The translations under genes were made by a program, and so were the position numbers. A stretch of 64,000 nucleotides of DNA from Hydrolagus affinis (taxonomy: Eukaryota), in contig JAAILG010000034.1 of assembly GCA_012026655.1 (NCBI GenBank), positions 124,001 to 188,000 on the forward strand, in the 5' to 3' direction. The notes under the pieces are model-generated. The model searched no databases and had not been told where the DNA came from. It saw only the letters and a program-made list of their open reading frames with translations. Positions within the stretch are counted from its first letter, which is position 1. Each line of letters starts with the position of its first letter. Shown piece by piece: positions 25,201 through 39,600 of this stretch.

Positions 25201-27814
25201 CCTTTTTTTAAAAAAACGCAATGTGATTGTTAGAGAAAAATTGTTAAAGATTGTATTAATTTCTAAAAGTTCCTTCCTTTTTGTGCCCCCAACTCCTCCC
25301 CAAAAAATGTGAACATTTAAAAACAACAGGTGGTATATTTTAGGGTCGCCCCATGACTGTGTATTGCTTCACAGCCATTTCCCCTTGTGGGAAAGCTTTA
25401 AAATTGCTCAAGTTAATCAGCAGAGACATGATGACCCCCAAAATGCAGGCACTCTCAGGTTTCAAGCATTTGCACGCTCCTTGCTGAATGTTTAGTTATA
25501 GGATGAAAAATGAGTTCTATGGAATGAAGACATTTCCCCTTTGACTAGCACATTTGCAAAAGGTATGTCAAGGATGTATTGCAGGGTATGGGCAACCTTT
25601 CAAGAGAGTATTTTTGCTTGCTTATTGGAAGAGCAATAAATATCTTGCAGACAGGCCTTCTCAGAGTTACAAAGCCTACCTGTAACTGAGCTGGATAATT
25701 AGCAGCCTTGAAGATGATATATGACTTTCATTACCCTTTGGGACTGGAGACTAAATGAGGACAGAGCTAATTGCCGTGCAAAGCAGTTTGGCATGAATGA
25801 GAAAAATGCAGGCACTGTCGCCAGCCAAAAAAGGCCCTGTTGCCGCTGTGATCTCATTGCTGGTTTGCCGCAGGAGTTCACTCGCTGTCCATAAATCATA
25901 GACTGCTTACAGCTGAAACTGCACTGAGTCATCAACATGCAATAAGCTGAGTGACAGATCCCATCCTGTCTACCTTAGAACTTCAAGCCTGGAGTTTTTT
26001 ATATATATATATCTATATATACAGTATATAAAAAACACACACAGCATGTATTTAATAGAAAGTTAAACACAGACGATCCAGAATTCAGTGCTGTGTGAAC
26101 ATAAGGCTGTTCACACGACAATTGTCTCGGAGATTAGCTTTACAGGATAGCTCCCTCAAGGATTGATTTAAGGCCTGTTAACCTCCGCACAACATTGCTT
26201 AAAGAAAATCAGTTGGAAATCATTTAAAATCAAATTGGTTTTGGCTTTCACATTCAGTCACGTCTGAGCTTTCCATTTACCAATACTTATGGGTAATATC
26301 TTCAGTCTACAACAGTTTGAAATTGGTTCAAAATCAGTTCGCGTGTTCCCATGGTTAGTGGAATTTTCTCATTTCCATTTCATTCAGGGACAATAAAACT
26401 CAGATTAGGTTTCTGAGGAACATGTCCCAGGCAGATTTGCCGTGCATGTTAACAACAAAATTGTTTTTTTTAATCACATTGCCAGCTGGTTGCAACACAC
26501 ATATATATTTTTTATATAAAGTCTGATATCCTTATTGCATTTCATTTGGCATTACACACTCACCGCAAAGGATGTGTGACTGAGTCAGATCAATATATAA
26601 CAACACTTCCATCACTTTGCAAGCATCAACCACAGCACCTAGACAAACAGGAGAATTCTGTCGATTAAAAAAAAATCAGGCTTTTGAATCCTTATTCACT
26701 TGAAGAGTTATGCATGCATTGTGCAATAGGTGTTGGAAAATAAAACTGTAAAGTTGAAATATGATGGAACGCAACTATAAAAAAAGTAACCATTAAATAT
26801 GAATTCTACAATAAAAAGGGCTTTAGAAGCAGAAACAAAGCAGCTACCATCTCCCAAGGCCTGAAGACAGCTTCAATCTGACAGCGAGGGATGAACTTCT
26901 GACTGTGTCCAACACTGGACTGAAAAGCCTCCATTTACACAAACTCAAACTGTATCCACACTGTTGTCGATTTTGTTTTTCAAAAGAAAGGCGACTGACA
27001 TCATGAAACTATTTTCTGCAAGCCATTTTATTTTCTAAACTTGGACTTGTTGATTTCTCATCCCACTGAACACTGCACAATATATATTTTGTCAAACACT
27101 TGGGTCTATCGTGTATTGATTGCTAGGCGATCCTTTCATGACAGCTTTACAATAATTCCCATCATGAAGATGTGAGGAAAATATTGTTATTTTTAATGAT
27201 TGGTGTGCGATTTAAAGCTGCCCTTTGCTAGCAATTCACAAAGTCACAAATATTGCAGGGAGCACTTTCTTACATCAGAAGAAAGAAGCAACATCAACAA
27301 AAGCCTTGTAAATGACATCACCTCACCTCACCCCCAACCCCCCCCACACACACACATGGATCAGTGCAAGGAAAATGCTTAGAAATAAGTAAAAATACAA
27401 ATACAGTAGAGATACTGATGATCTGTGCTAATTGTGACTTGCCTCCTGTGAAATAAGTAAATAGTGTGGACAATGGACCACCAAAAATACATATCAGTTA
27501 CAGTGCTAACTAAACTATTACATCAAGAGTTACACAATCACTGTCGTAGCACACTGTGCCTCCCATCTTTGACTCATTCCTCACCATGTCAAAACAGTGT
27601 GACACAGCAATAAACCCTTTGGTTGTAGTTGTACTCAAGGTACATAGTGCTCTTGTCAGGCCACAACTAGAGCATTGAATACAATTATGATTCTCATGAC
27701 ATAAGACCAGGATCCAAAACATATTTTTTTAAAAGGTTTGATGCTGCTATGGAGGGATAGTAGAGTAAGTATTCTGGAAGGATTGTAAATGACCTTAATC
27801 CTTATATTACCTAT

Positions 27815-27995
27815 AACACCATTGACATTGCCAGGGTGTTCCAAATCGCTTCATAGTGGTTGAGTATTTTATGGGTGAACGTGGCAGCCAATTTGCACAC
27901 GGTAATATCCCGCAAACAGCCGTGAAGTGAATAAACAATTTTATTTGGGAAATTGTTGGTCAGGACCCCAGGAAAATTCCCTTCCCATTGATCTC
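27815..27995 (-). mobile_element. Deu-domain SINE 3' fragment
   Basis: GGCAGCCAATTTGCACACGGTAATATCCCGCAAACAGC...TTGTTGGTCAGGACCCCAGG is the antisense Deu domain. Confidence 0.65.
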
Positions 27996-28468
27996 GTGGC
28001 TGCAAAGCACGTAATTTAGCAAAATGTTGGCTCACCCTTTCTCACAGACAGACAATCTGCCTTGTAAACTAAGTCTGAAAAATGACTATTCTACCGACAA
28101 GCGAAGTACGTCTTCCCTCACAGCAATTAAAATGGACGAGTATAGTTCTTGTCATCACCTATCGGCCCCTTAATAGGTAAGCATCTGCTTTACTTTGTAA
28201 CACACAAGGACTGTGCTCTCAAAGTCCAGGTTAAGCAGTTCCACACAGTGCAGCCTCCTCCCATGATTTAAAGGTTTACAAACTTGAGTTGGTAGTATTT
28301 TACATTAAAAACATTGTTGTCTGTTATATTTGCTAATGATTTTTTTCCCTAGATAATTAAGTTTAGCTATCTTACCCCAATTAACACTGAACTGATCGTA
28401 CATGTACATTAATGTGGTTCAGGGTTGTGATAAGCAGATTTAAATTATACACTGATTTCAAACCATAT

Positions 28469-29070
28469 AACAACAACAAATTATACGTGTACAGTTCCTT
28501 TCACATCAGGAGGACGTCCCAAGGTGCTGGAAAGTCATTGTTTCAGACCTGAACTGGGGTCAGGGACAGGGAGGGTGGAGGCAATTTGGGGTGATCGATG
28601 GGACCGTCAAAGAGGAGGGTCTTAAAGCGGGACTTGAAGGATGCTAGGGAGGGGGCGAAGTGGAGCGACTGCAGGATGGAGTTCCAGCGGTTAGGGGCAG
28701 AGTGGCTGAAGGCTTGCCTGCCAATGGTGGGGCAGGTGGGTCGGGGGACATGGAGCACACTGGAGTCTGCTGAGCAGAGGGGCCGGGCAGGTTGGTAGAG
28801 GGTAGGAGGTTGCGGAGGTAGGATAGGGCGAGGCCATGGAGGGCTTTGAGTGTGAGGACCAGGATCTTGAATTAAATCCTCTGGGTGATGGGGAGGCAAT
28901 GGAGTCCGGTGAGGATGGGGGAGATGTGGTCACAAAATTTGGACCAATAGAGACATGGGCCGCAGAGTTCTGGATTATCTGCAGCCTATAGAGGGAGGAA
29001 TTGGGAAGGCCAACAAGCAGGGCATTGGCGTAGTCGAGCCTAGATGTGATGAACCATACCACTGACGACA
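28469..29070 (-). mobile_element. L2 LINE 3' fragment with recognisable ORF2 C-terminus
   Basis: Translations FITSRLDYANALLVGLPNSSLYRLQIIQNSAA and IGRQAFSHSAPNRWNSILQSLHFAPSLASFKSRFKTLLFD are canonical L2. The region is frameshifted and carries the (TTG)n tail. Confidence 0.93.
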
Positions 29071-31079
29071 TACCCAAACACAGGAGGGCGGGAGATGAAG
29101 AGCATGCAGAAGTATATCTAGTACACAGAAAATACTTTTAAGTTGCAATGCTGTATTGCAATGGCATTGTATTGCGTTGCCATTTGAAGACATTGGAGTA
29201 AAAGTGGTGCCAGGACAGATGGTAGGGAAACTGCAGAAGACTTAAACATGACATATGTTAGCTCCCAAACTCACCATCATTGTGACAGCCAGCCATTCAG
29301 TGTTTCATATTATGGGGGAGAAAATACTGTTTAAAAAATAATCCTCCAGGTAACTGTTAGACCAAAATATTTCACTGTTCACTTTTGAGCCAAAGTAATT
29401 TCATGGAGATATCTTTGGCTGAGATACAGGCCATTAACAGAGCAGGCAAAGCCTCACTTCATACAAAGCCGAACAAAGTGGATTAAGAACTTTTTGATGG
29501 TTCTTGCTGCTCAACTATGAACCTACTTCTGAGCTCCATGGGACGTCCTCCCGACATGAAAGGTGCTCTACAAATGTAATTTTGTTGTTATTGTTACCTG
29601 ATTGCTCCGCACAAGTAAAGAACCTAGTTACTTCTGGCATGATCAACCAAAACAAACCCTAACCGCGAAGATAAATTCAATATTTTTATTCAAGGAGACA
29701 GGGATAGGAGTGGAGGGGAGGGGGGCTGGGGAGAGGGAGAGGAAAGGCAGCTAGAGGTCAGAAACATACAAAAATTCTCTTTGCTGTGCGCAGAATTTTC
29801 AGTTTCAGTCTCTGTAAACTCACAAAAGCAGAGTTTCTCAGTTCTGGGGTGCTCTATCTTGCGCTCTCACTTGCCTATTTTATAATGGACTTGGACCACA
29901 CATGGGCAGAAAACAAGGCATTTGAATACTCAAAGTATCCAGTTTAGTGCTGACATTCAACCAGTTAATGCTGCAGTTTTCTGGCACAGGGCACTGACCA
30001 TGCCTTTGGTCGGTGCTTGGAAGACATGTGAATCTCCATTCCACCTGATCCCCTCTCCCAATTTCTTCTCTCCCATTCTTCCTTATGCATAGAAATGTAA
30101 GTTTGAGAAATGTTTAATTTCGCAACAAACATTCTGAACGTATAAATGTATGGGTTAAAAATTCACCCATTAGTGATACATTTAATTTGTCTGAATCCCA
30201 GGCTAGTCAATTATCAACAATGTTCAGCCACTCATCACTGGGCCCAACAGACAGTGACTCAGGACAACAACTGTCTGAGCCAGCTGTGTCTTCATGGGGT
30301 AGAATAACGCGTGCGAAATTATCTCTCCACAACCTGGAGGACAGTCATTAGTTTTTATCATATGTTTGGATATCCATGAAGGCAGGGGATTCACGGGGTA
30401 TCTACCTGAAATGTCGGGCAGTTTGTTGTACCAGTGGGTCATTGTTGCAATACACTTGATTAAGCTTTGAAATTTTAATTCATAGGGACCCAATTCCGCA
30501 CAAGTATAGCAATGTTTAATTGACTGTGAAAATGTCCCATTTTATAGCATAGATGCTTGAGCCTTGGAATGGTTCTAAAATCAGGGCCATAAGCACTTCA
30601 TTCTGAAGTGCTTATGGGGCACATCTCACTCTCCCTAAACATATTTCAAAGCCAAGATGGTTGAAATTAAAGTGCTAAAGTGATGTTTTGCTGCTTAAGC
30701 TGAACACTCCAATTAAATATAAAGGTGCTTGTCAATTAAGGTGATATCTAACCTGTGGTTTATGCCCAATGGAGCATTATTTTCTCACAAGCGAGTAAAC
30801 ACTGCAGAAATTACAGCTGCAATGTAGCCATGATGGACAGTTCTACTCTTTCTGCGAATACTATGAATATTGGAGAAAGCAAGCCTCAAGTCATGGCCTT
30901 AATTTTTATTTAATTTCATATCTATTACTTCTATGTTGGATAACACAATGGTGGTGGGATGAGATTGCCAGAACAACATCACTGAGGTGAGGCAAGATAC
31001 TTCCTTGAGGTGTAGTGAGGGGCAGATCATAAAGTGCGGGAGAACAAAGCTGAACAGATTAAATCAACTTGTGCCATTA

Positions 31080-31337
31080 GGAGTCCTGTAGCTCAGTGGT
31101 TAGAGCACTCGCCTTACAAGTGTGAGACCTGTGTTTCAAATCCAGGCAGGTCAGGGCAAAACTTTGGACAACTTTCCTTACTCCACACACCTAATAATAA
31201 TTTGTCCAATTGGCTGCCACGTTTCACCCACAAATATTCTGTCAATTCCCCTTACAGTATATTTTGTAAAGCGCTTTGAGACATCTAGAAGACGTGAAAA
31301 GTGCTATATCAAATGCAAGTATTATTATTACTATTAT
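31080..31337 (+). mobile_element. SINE family A (tRNA head, short subfamily, further internal deletion)
   Basis: GAGTCCTGTAGCTCAGTGGTTAGAGCACTCGCCTTACAAG...GTTTCAAATCC (A and B boxes), CCTTACTCCACAC, a Deu-type 3' part and a (TTA)n tail. Confidence 0.9.
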
Positions 31338-32439
31338 ATTCTGTATAATCATTCCTTGCAGGTTATATTGAATTGGAAGGAACATAATTTCAAACACATC
31401 TTAACCTCGAGCAGGTTATTCTGCTAATCAATACCCTGTAAAATAATAATCTTTTCATTTGATCTATTGCCTTTAACATCAAAATGCTTCACAGGGAATC
31501 ACTGTCAAGTGTTATGATTATATTTGAAGATTAGATCTTTAGATATGCCACTCATGTTATCAACTTTAAAAAGACAAAGAGTTGAATCTGGTGATCAACC
31601 AGCTAAGTCCCTAGACTGATGTACAACCAAACCAACCTCATGAGCAACCCATGACATGAGCACGATTTTTAAAAGGCTTTAACTTCTACAACTTGGATCA
31701 GCACCCAAGCTGCGACATCTCAATCACTAGTTGCGAACACCTCAGATACACACCCGATAGAATCGTTCAGGTCAAGTCCTGCAGGTCACTACCACCTGGA
31801 GTCTCTCAGCTGCAAACTTTGGGATGATAGTGAGGAAGTTAGTTATTTTACAGTAGCATCATCAAAAACGTTCACACTTGCATTGGTCAGTTGATCAAAA
31901 ACGTTAACATCTGCTGATAATGCACAAAATCCACTGCAAACAGTTTGACGGATCTCACAAAGTTACTGTGACCCGAACAATTTAAACTCGAGCAGGTGAT
32001 GAGAACCATTTGAGCCTGCACTGGGAATGTTCCCATTTTATTTTTAAATGTTTATCTGAACCAGCATGTTTTCTATTTTCCATACAATCCATCCTGATGG
32101 CTTCGATCAGTGAGACTTGCCAAATTGTTCCCAGTGGTACCCAATTTTGGGGTAGTTTTCACTGCTGCAGTTTACAAGATATCAAATTGAGACCACAAGG
32201 GTCTAATTTGCAGCATTTCATAATGGGAAATACTTTAATAAGGAATCCTATTAAAATCATGTTACCCCATGGGAATGCCACTATGGAAGTAAATTGAGTT
32301 GGGGGGGGCGGGGGGAAGAAGAGCTTTCAAAGTAACACTGTCCCCATTTTAGTTGCTTGACAGAGACGCAATGGATCAAATGGTATTTTTCTGTGCTGAA
32401 AGTTTCTATGTAAGTTACCAGATGGAGACGATTCCCACT

Positions 32440-32940
32440 TGCGTGACATGCATCCTCACATAATGGCCACTTGGACCAGGTATTGGAGGATGACCTGCAT
32501 CTAAGGAAACCATACATTAATAGGAGAGTTAATGTCTTCAGTGAAGGGGGAGAAAGGATAGAGGAGAAAAGGGACTAGGAAGGAGAAATATGTTGGAGGA
32601 GAAAATCAGTGAGAAGCAAGTAAAACTATTCAGACAAGAAGAATTTTACATTCAATTCTCAGTTTGTGCCAAGAACACTGATCTCAGTGGGAACATAAAG
32701 GCCGGGGCTAAAAATAGGGGAAGGGGTTGGAGGGGATGAGAAGGAGGGGGGGTGAGAAGGAGGAGAAAACAGGGACATGTATATCTGCTCATTATTCAGT
32801 GACTTCTTCTGGAAAATACGTGTGGTGTGTCAGGTGAAGAAAAAGCTGTGATGGTTTTTCACGGATGACTAGCCTGGCAGCACTCACTGCGTAGGTTGGC
32901 CTGTGAAGATTGGCAACTTGCTATGGTACTGGAGGTCTGC
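32440..32940 (+). mobile_element. Old SINE family B, two fragments
   Basis: AATGGCCACTTGGACCAGGTATTGGAGG and CAGTGAC...CTGGAAAA...GTCAGGTGAAGA...GCTGTGATG...TAGCCTGGCAGCACTCACTG align by eye with 3130-3300. Confidence 0.5.
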
Positions 32941-35349
32941 TGTTACCTGTGGATTTGCACTCAAGAATCACAGCTGTCAGGAGAGCACCAAGTTGGCAAC
33001 AAAATTAGTGGAACATACCATTGGGGGAATAGTAGCATTTCTCCTATTTGCCACTGGATGGATTTATTACACTCCCTTATTTGTAACACTTTCATTATTC
33101 TCTATGTATGTCAAATTATACTTAATGGCTTTCATGATTCACTAATACTGTACTCTCCCTCTCCCTCCTTCAAACCATGGGAAATTCTATCACAACACTT
33201 GTTCAGTGCATGTAGAATTATGACGACATGTTTCTAGTTTGTGCACAATTAATGTTGGCAACGTTCATGAATAGTAAGCAGCTTATAAACAAAATACTCC
33301 ATTGCACATTATTTCGGCAACTTTCACTGGACCAAGCATGTGCTATTAAAGAGGCATCATCATTTCAAGAACATATTAAGTACACGTACAAGTTGGCACA
33401 ACATTATTCATGTGATTCATTTGGCAGCCACAACCTTGAGGGTTCCATTTGCCAGCTCGGTTGAGATGAATCCTTGTAGCTCAGTGTTCACCCACAAAAT
33501 ACACAGTTATACCACTTTACAGCCTATCCTGTGAAGAGTTTTGAGACATATAGACAACTGATAAGGCACAATATTAAAAGCAAGAATTATTATTATTTTG
33601 AGCCAGATTACAAGTCACCGAGCTATGTTTTTCCCTTCATCTCTGAACCTTTCTTATTTCTTCCTGATCTTTACTGACACATTTTGATTTCTTAACGGCC
33701 TGTTCCAGATATTCCCTACACCAATACCTGGCTACATGACTGCACCAAAGACGTACATTGCTCATTTTTTATGAGTCATTCTCTCTGTTTCAAGGTCAAC
33801 CAACAGTTTGGGGCTAATGGTAATAGTGCCATGGAATTGAAATGATCTCTCCCTCTTGTGGATTGCTGTATTTAACTATATTAAATCAATACATTAAAAC
33901 TCCACTGCTGAAAACCAGCTACTTGGTTTATGATGTATTACCCATAATTAAGACAACCGCATGTCATTCATACGAATGTCATTCCTCGAAAAGGAAGCAG
34001 TCGTAACTCCGTAACCAGTCAAAATCCATTTGAGTTCCTCAAACTCAGTTAATTATTTAAAATGTTGCATTGGTTTCACCTCGTGGCCCATTTTAAAGCC
34101 AGAATCTTTGTATTTAACGTTAGTTTCATGAATTCCAATTCCGTCACAAAAATATCGCTACATACTTGCATGTGATTTTCTTTGAGACTCATTTTGAACT
34201 TTGGTGTAAGTATCTCTTTGAAAGGGGATTGTATAGTTTTGTAGATGAGGGAATTGAAGTGACTGTTCCACTAACATCGGCAAGGATTTGAATCGCTAAT
34301 CCCATATTCTAATAAATTGCATAAATACAATATTCAAAACTAAAAATGTTTGCAGTTCAAAAATTGCCCTCTGCCAAGCCTTAAAGTTTGGAGTCCAGAC
34401 TGGGTACAGGACTACATGTGTTGGCACCTGCTACTTAATCCTATTTCTCCAATTGCACACCTTAACATGATGAATGAGAGACCACATTATCACTTCTCTC
34501 ATCTTCAGTGTAAATCGTTGGATGCATGGAGATTGATAAGAATGGCCACTTAAAGGGCATGCCACCCTGAGGAATATAACCAACTGCAAGTAATAGAGCA
34601 AACAGAAGACCTTTAATCAGTTATCCTTTAAAAAATAAAGACTTATTTATGCTCCATTGAAAAGAAACCCTCCCATAAAGCATCTCGGTGACATTTTTAC
34701 AAACACACTTATACAGATATATATATATAAACCATTAAAAATTATACTCAGTAGTGCTGGAATATAAAGCTGAGAAAACCAGAGACACATTTTGCTACAA
34801 GTGAAAATTCATTCGGTCTGGAGTCAAACAAAGAACTGGCAAATTGGCCAAAGGCAATGAAGTGCAGTCCCTGGGTCCAAGATCCTCTCATTAGGGGTTG
34901 AAACTACTCAGTGGACTTGTGCTAATCTGTCATATATCTGTCATTACTTGAGCATATCAAGTGAGTAGAATGAAATGAGAAATTTGACTCAAGGCGATTT
35001 CTTCAAAGAGACCACGTAGGTACAGTTTGCATTGCCAAGGACTCCACAACTCCTGAGGGACATGAAGAGCCACAGTGAAATGTCCACAAAGATAGAACTC
35101 TATAAAACGTCACACTAACCTTCAGAGATAATCTTGTGTAATCTTACAATCTACTTTATCCAACGCTGTTTTCCACAGATACCCCGAGGGTAGAACTAGA
35201 ACTATTTGATAACTATGTCCATAGTTATCTCAAAGGCCTCTTGCTTTGTTATTAACTATATACTGTATTCATCCGATTGATTTTGTTTTACAGGATCTAA
35301 CCGATATAGCATTAGATGTTTTGGGTGAGAATCTATTTAACATATTTAT

Positions 35350-36600
35350 TACTTTTGGAAAGAAATGTGTTCCAATCTCCAGTCTCATTTGTAAGGGTCT
35401 CTAGATTTATACACATTCTCTAATTACAGTCTAAATGAAACAAATTGCTTACATCTTCAATTCCAGTGCTTTTCAGAAGGTTAAAGAGCTAGATCATATC
35501 CACTTTTAACATTCATTTCGTGAATTAAATCAAGCTGAATTCTGCAAGCCTCCTTTCATTACATAGAGATTTACATCCCAGAATTATCCAGGTCACACTT
35601 CTCTAAACTCTTATCAATGAATCAATGGCCTGTTGAATCTAAGCTGCCCAAAATATATCAAAATGCAAAGATTATTATTATAATAAATTGTAGTTTTCCA
35701 AATACGGCCTTGGCAATAAGTCGTACAGGGTTAAAATAATGCATCTCAAGTTAGAATGCCCTAGAAATGTATTTCAGTGCTTGATCATCTTTGTTGACAA
35801 TAGTCTTGTGTTGACCAGAAATTATATATACACGTATATATACACACACACAAGTCTTTTAATCAATTTTTTTTTCCAATTTCATGGCAAATAATTCCAC
35901 GGGTAGCACTAGGTCTGCATACAAACAGCCATGAAAGCCTGGTTAGAGTGTCAGAGAATTAATGAGCTGCAGGATTTATCACAGCAAAAGCTGACCAACT
36001 TCTTATCCAGCATCCACTTATCAAGAAGAACCATCAATAGTGAAAGCATTCAATAGGCAACAAGAGCTGGAATGCAAAAGCTGGAGGTGACCATTTGTAA
36101 CCCAAGAATACCAACTGTAGCATTCATTCACCACTCTAGCTGGGTCAACTAATTTAGCAAAGAGATGAAACATCATAGCAACATCTACATTAAGAATGAA
36201 CATCTAATGATTCCTTGTATCAATCTGCATCATCTTACTTCTTCTATTCATGCTGATTTCTATTCACCATTCCTTATCCTATCAATTGATGGCAGTTCCC
36301 TTTGGATCCTATCAATCTTCATTGCACATATCACCTGTCCATTCAGTTTAATGTAATCAGCAAAATCTAATTATATTACAAGCACTAAGCTGTATAATTT
36401 ATGAATTGTGTCCACAGGTTTCCCAGAACTAATCCCTATGGAACTCTACTAATCACTGCCAATAGGAAGAACTCTTCCATTTGTCACAATCCTCTGCTTT
36501 CTATTTGCAAGAAGGTTCTCAATCCAGTTTAAATTTGCCATTATCTCCATGACTGTATCTTTCTTATATACCTCAGATGTCAAATGCATTCTGGAAGTTG
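35350..36600 (-). pseudogene. Highly decayed CR1 reverse transcriptase
   Basis: Minus-strand motifs in the expected order: FQNAFD (DFQKAFD), NWIENLLANRKQR, VISRVP*GLVLG (VTSGVPQGSVLG), DFADYIKL (KFADDTKL), LYDLLPRPYLENY...FWA (LYxxLVRPHLEY...FW). A small SINE tail is inserted near 35655-35685. Confidence 0.8.
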
Positions 36601-39600
36601 CAATGAATGCTCACCAAGATAGCACTTGTCCATTGAGTTGAAAGAACATGTTTCAGTCATCTACCCTTAGACTTTGAGTAGATCTAGCAGTCACTACCTA
36701 TTCCGTCTCTTGCTATTTCTCCCTGAGGAACACTCCAAATACTTTAGTGGTAGAGTTAACCATCACTCATTGAGTGGGGAGTTGGTGGAGCATGCGTTAA
36801 GATAAGACAAATAAATTGCCTGTTTGGTAGCCCAAGAATGAGCATGGAAAACAAGAGGAAACACATACAACCATTATGCCTATGTCACAGGGAATTATTC
36901 TGCACAGATACTCTATTTTCCAAGGATAACCCAATAAAAACATCAGGATAATTTTCTGAGATATCTGTCCTTTGTCTCCCCCTTACATTTTATTTTACCT
37001 GATCTAAAACTACATGTGACAATTTAACAAATGAGAGAGGAAAAAGAGAAGAAATGTTTAAATAGAAGTTAATGGATACTTCAGCATGTCTACACTGATA
37101 ATAACACTTTAGAGGAAGATGCCAATACATAAAAGGTTCTAAAGGAAAATGGACACCAGAGCAGACATATAGCAAGGATAATGGATATTAGAGTGAATAA
37201 TCAGTGGGACACCAAGACTTAGGCAAGCTTTCCGAGATACTAAGCAGTCTGAACTGGCCACTGGTATCTGAATATGTATGCAGATCACAAGACCACACTG
37301 TCTAAATTGCATGTTATGTATTAGTATTTTTAGAAAACAGCCTTATCGCTCAATAATAAAAAACGTTTATAGTTCACACAAGTGCCAGAGAGGGTTAATT
37401 ATGACGAAACATTCAAAAATAAATCAAAAATACTTTAAGGATTTTCACATATTATCAGGCATCACATCACATAATGAACGACTTAGTGATTGTAACAATA
37501 ACACAAGAGCAGCTCAGCAGATCATTAATTTCACAACCATGTAAAATAAACAGATACAGTTTTCATGCAGCTAATAAATTTAAAAAACTCAAAGAAACGT
37601 CCATCTGCTTCAAATAATTTTTAATTTCCTATTCTGTCTCGTTCCCATTAGTGTATTCCACTGAGATATTTGGTAAATTCTTTAATTTACATCCTCCCAT
37701 CTGTATTTAATTATGCCTTTTCCATATAAATTAAGTTTGTATTCTTCCTCAGCTGAGTGCAGAATGCGCCAAACACAGTCCACCTGTAATTATTAGGAAC
37801 CATTGCTTGTGTTTTATTATCTGCTAGCTTTCCAAAAAGGTCCTTTGTTGAAGCTCGATGGCTTGAACTTAAAGGCCAGAATGAAACCCACTTTGGACAT
37901 ATTTTGGCTCCAGTTAAAAAAAAACACCTGCTTCACTCTCAACAGCTAATCTACCAACGCAGTAAATACCTCAGCAGATGTTCTGCAATCGGCCAGGGAT
38001 CAGGATCTGTGTTCATGACGGGATTGCTTACATGTATGAAATATACAGACACAGAGATCAGAGGCAAATTACCAATACTGGTTACAAGCCGAACGTGTCC
38101 TCTCTTTGACCCGATCTTGCTTTTTTTTGTGTGTGCTTTTTATCTGCTTTTCTATCTCTGATTTAAACCGTTTTACAGTCAACTTTAAGCTGTGGGCTCA
38201 ACTTTCAAATTTTCTCTTTTTACATTAATTGAGGCCTGTCTGTCTGTACATATCAACATGTTCATCTGTAACTGAAACTGATTATAATGTATCGGGATAG
38301 GGAGGGCGGTGGCAGGGGGTTGTCACATTTAGTCTACATGGACAAAACACAGAGATGTGAGAGACCAGAAACAAAACCTGGATTTTTGGAGATGCTGATG
38401 TGAATATTTTGTATTGCTTACACCCATGCGCTTGTTTGCCATGAACATAACAATGTTTAAAGCAGACATCCTTTCATGTTATCATTGTTAGCTTTACATG
38501 ACCAATTTCACTTTCTGAAAGGGTCATGGATTCAACAACAATTGCGCTCGCTATGGCCCATTTCCAGTCCAGCTTGTTCAAGCACTTTGAGATGTCCTCC
38601 CGTTATGAAAGATGCTATATAAATTGTATTGTTTATCTGACAACAAATGAAGATGGAAATCTCACATTATAATGTAGACCAAAGGAATCTGCATTGAGTA
38701 TATGAGATCTAATATGTGCTATTGCTTAACAAGATTCCTTCATAAGTAATCCAAGTGGTGCAAAAAGACTTCTTCCAAAAACTGTAAGATCAGCATGCTA
38801 ACCTGGGGGAAATCTGCTTTGAGAAGGATCTGGAGCAGGGTTCCAACAGCAAACTGGAAAGTGCAACTGAAATGGGATTCGAGCACATAGTAGTGCAGAG
38901 TTAAAGTCTGAAGAGGGGGAGGTGAAGGGAGGCAAAATAAGGTTGACTGTTGTTTCATTGCTTTTTGCAGTGCTGCACAAACTCAGTCATTTTTGCTCCC
39001 ATTTAGTGGCAGAAATAAAGAATTCTGCTGGGGCAAAGTAATTGGAGACGCCATTGCTGCTGATAAAAATGACAACTGCTACAACACATTTGAGGCACTA
39101 TGGCTTGGATCAATGTTCCAGGCAGCACAATGCAATTTTTTTATTTCTGGAAATGTCATTTATTGTCAAGGAAAATGAAACTTCCTCCATTTACAGCCTC
39201 TCAGAAACGTTTGTTTTGCATCATTTTAACAGCTGTTTTTGTTTGGGGTAGAGTACTGTACAGTATTAGCAAGTTTTCTCCAAAAGGAGGACCAATGGAA
39301 TTGGGAGCAGAAGCTGACACTTGGATGATGCTCTGAGTACCTTTCCTTTGCACAGCAGAAATGGAAAAGGTTTACTGCGGACACCATGGTTAAAAGGACA
39401 AGAAAAACTCTGCATGCCCTCAGCTTCTCCTCCATTTAACCAAGCCTATTATACTTACAATTTGCAATTCAATGTTTTTCATTGTAAATCAATTGCCTGT
39501 TTGAATAACTACCCTCCTATTTTGTCCACTTTTGCTCCTCTCCACTTCTACCTCTTCTTTAGCTCCACGGGCAGCTTACCATGTGTCACAGACATCTTTA

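Noticed and set aside
29700-29750. G-quadruplex-capable tracts (also 17458-17484 and 32700-32765)
   Set aside because: Common low-complexity G runs with no supporting context.
30604-30625. miR-430/302-like seed AAGTGCT in a hairpin
   Set aside because: The stem is only 14 bp with a 3-nt loop, has no extension and is not in a cluster.
31080-31155. tRNA gene (also at 43094, 48954, 50638, 56409, 58760, 61926, 62180)
   Set aside because: A and B boxes are present, but there is no acceptor stem and each runs into a shared SINE body. These are SINE heads.
35294-35324. 31-nt plus-strand microexon (TTTTTACAG|...TGG|GTGAGA)
   Set aside because: Not frame-preserving, adjacent to a CR1 relic and with no partner exons; unsupported without RNA data.
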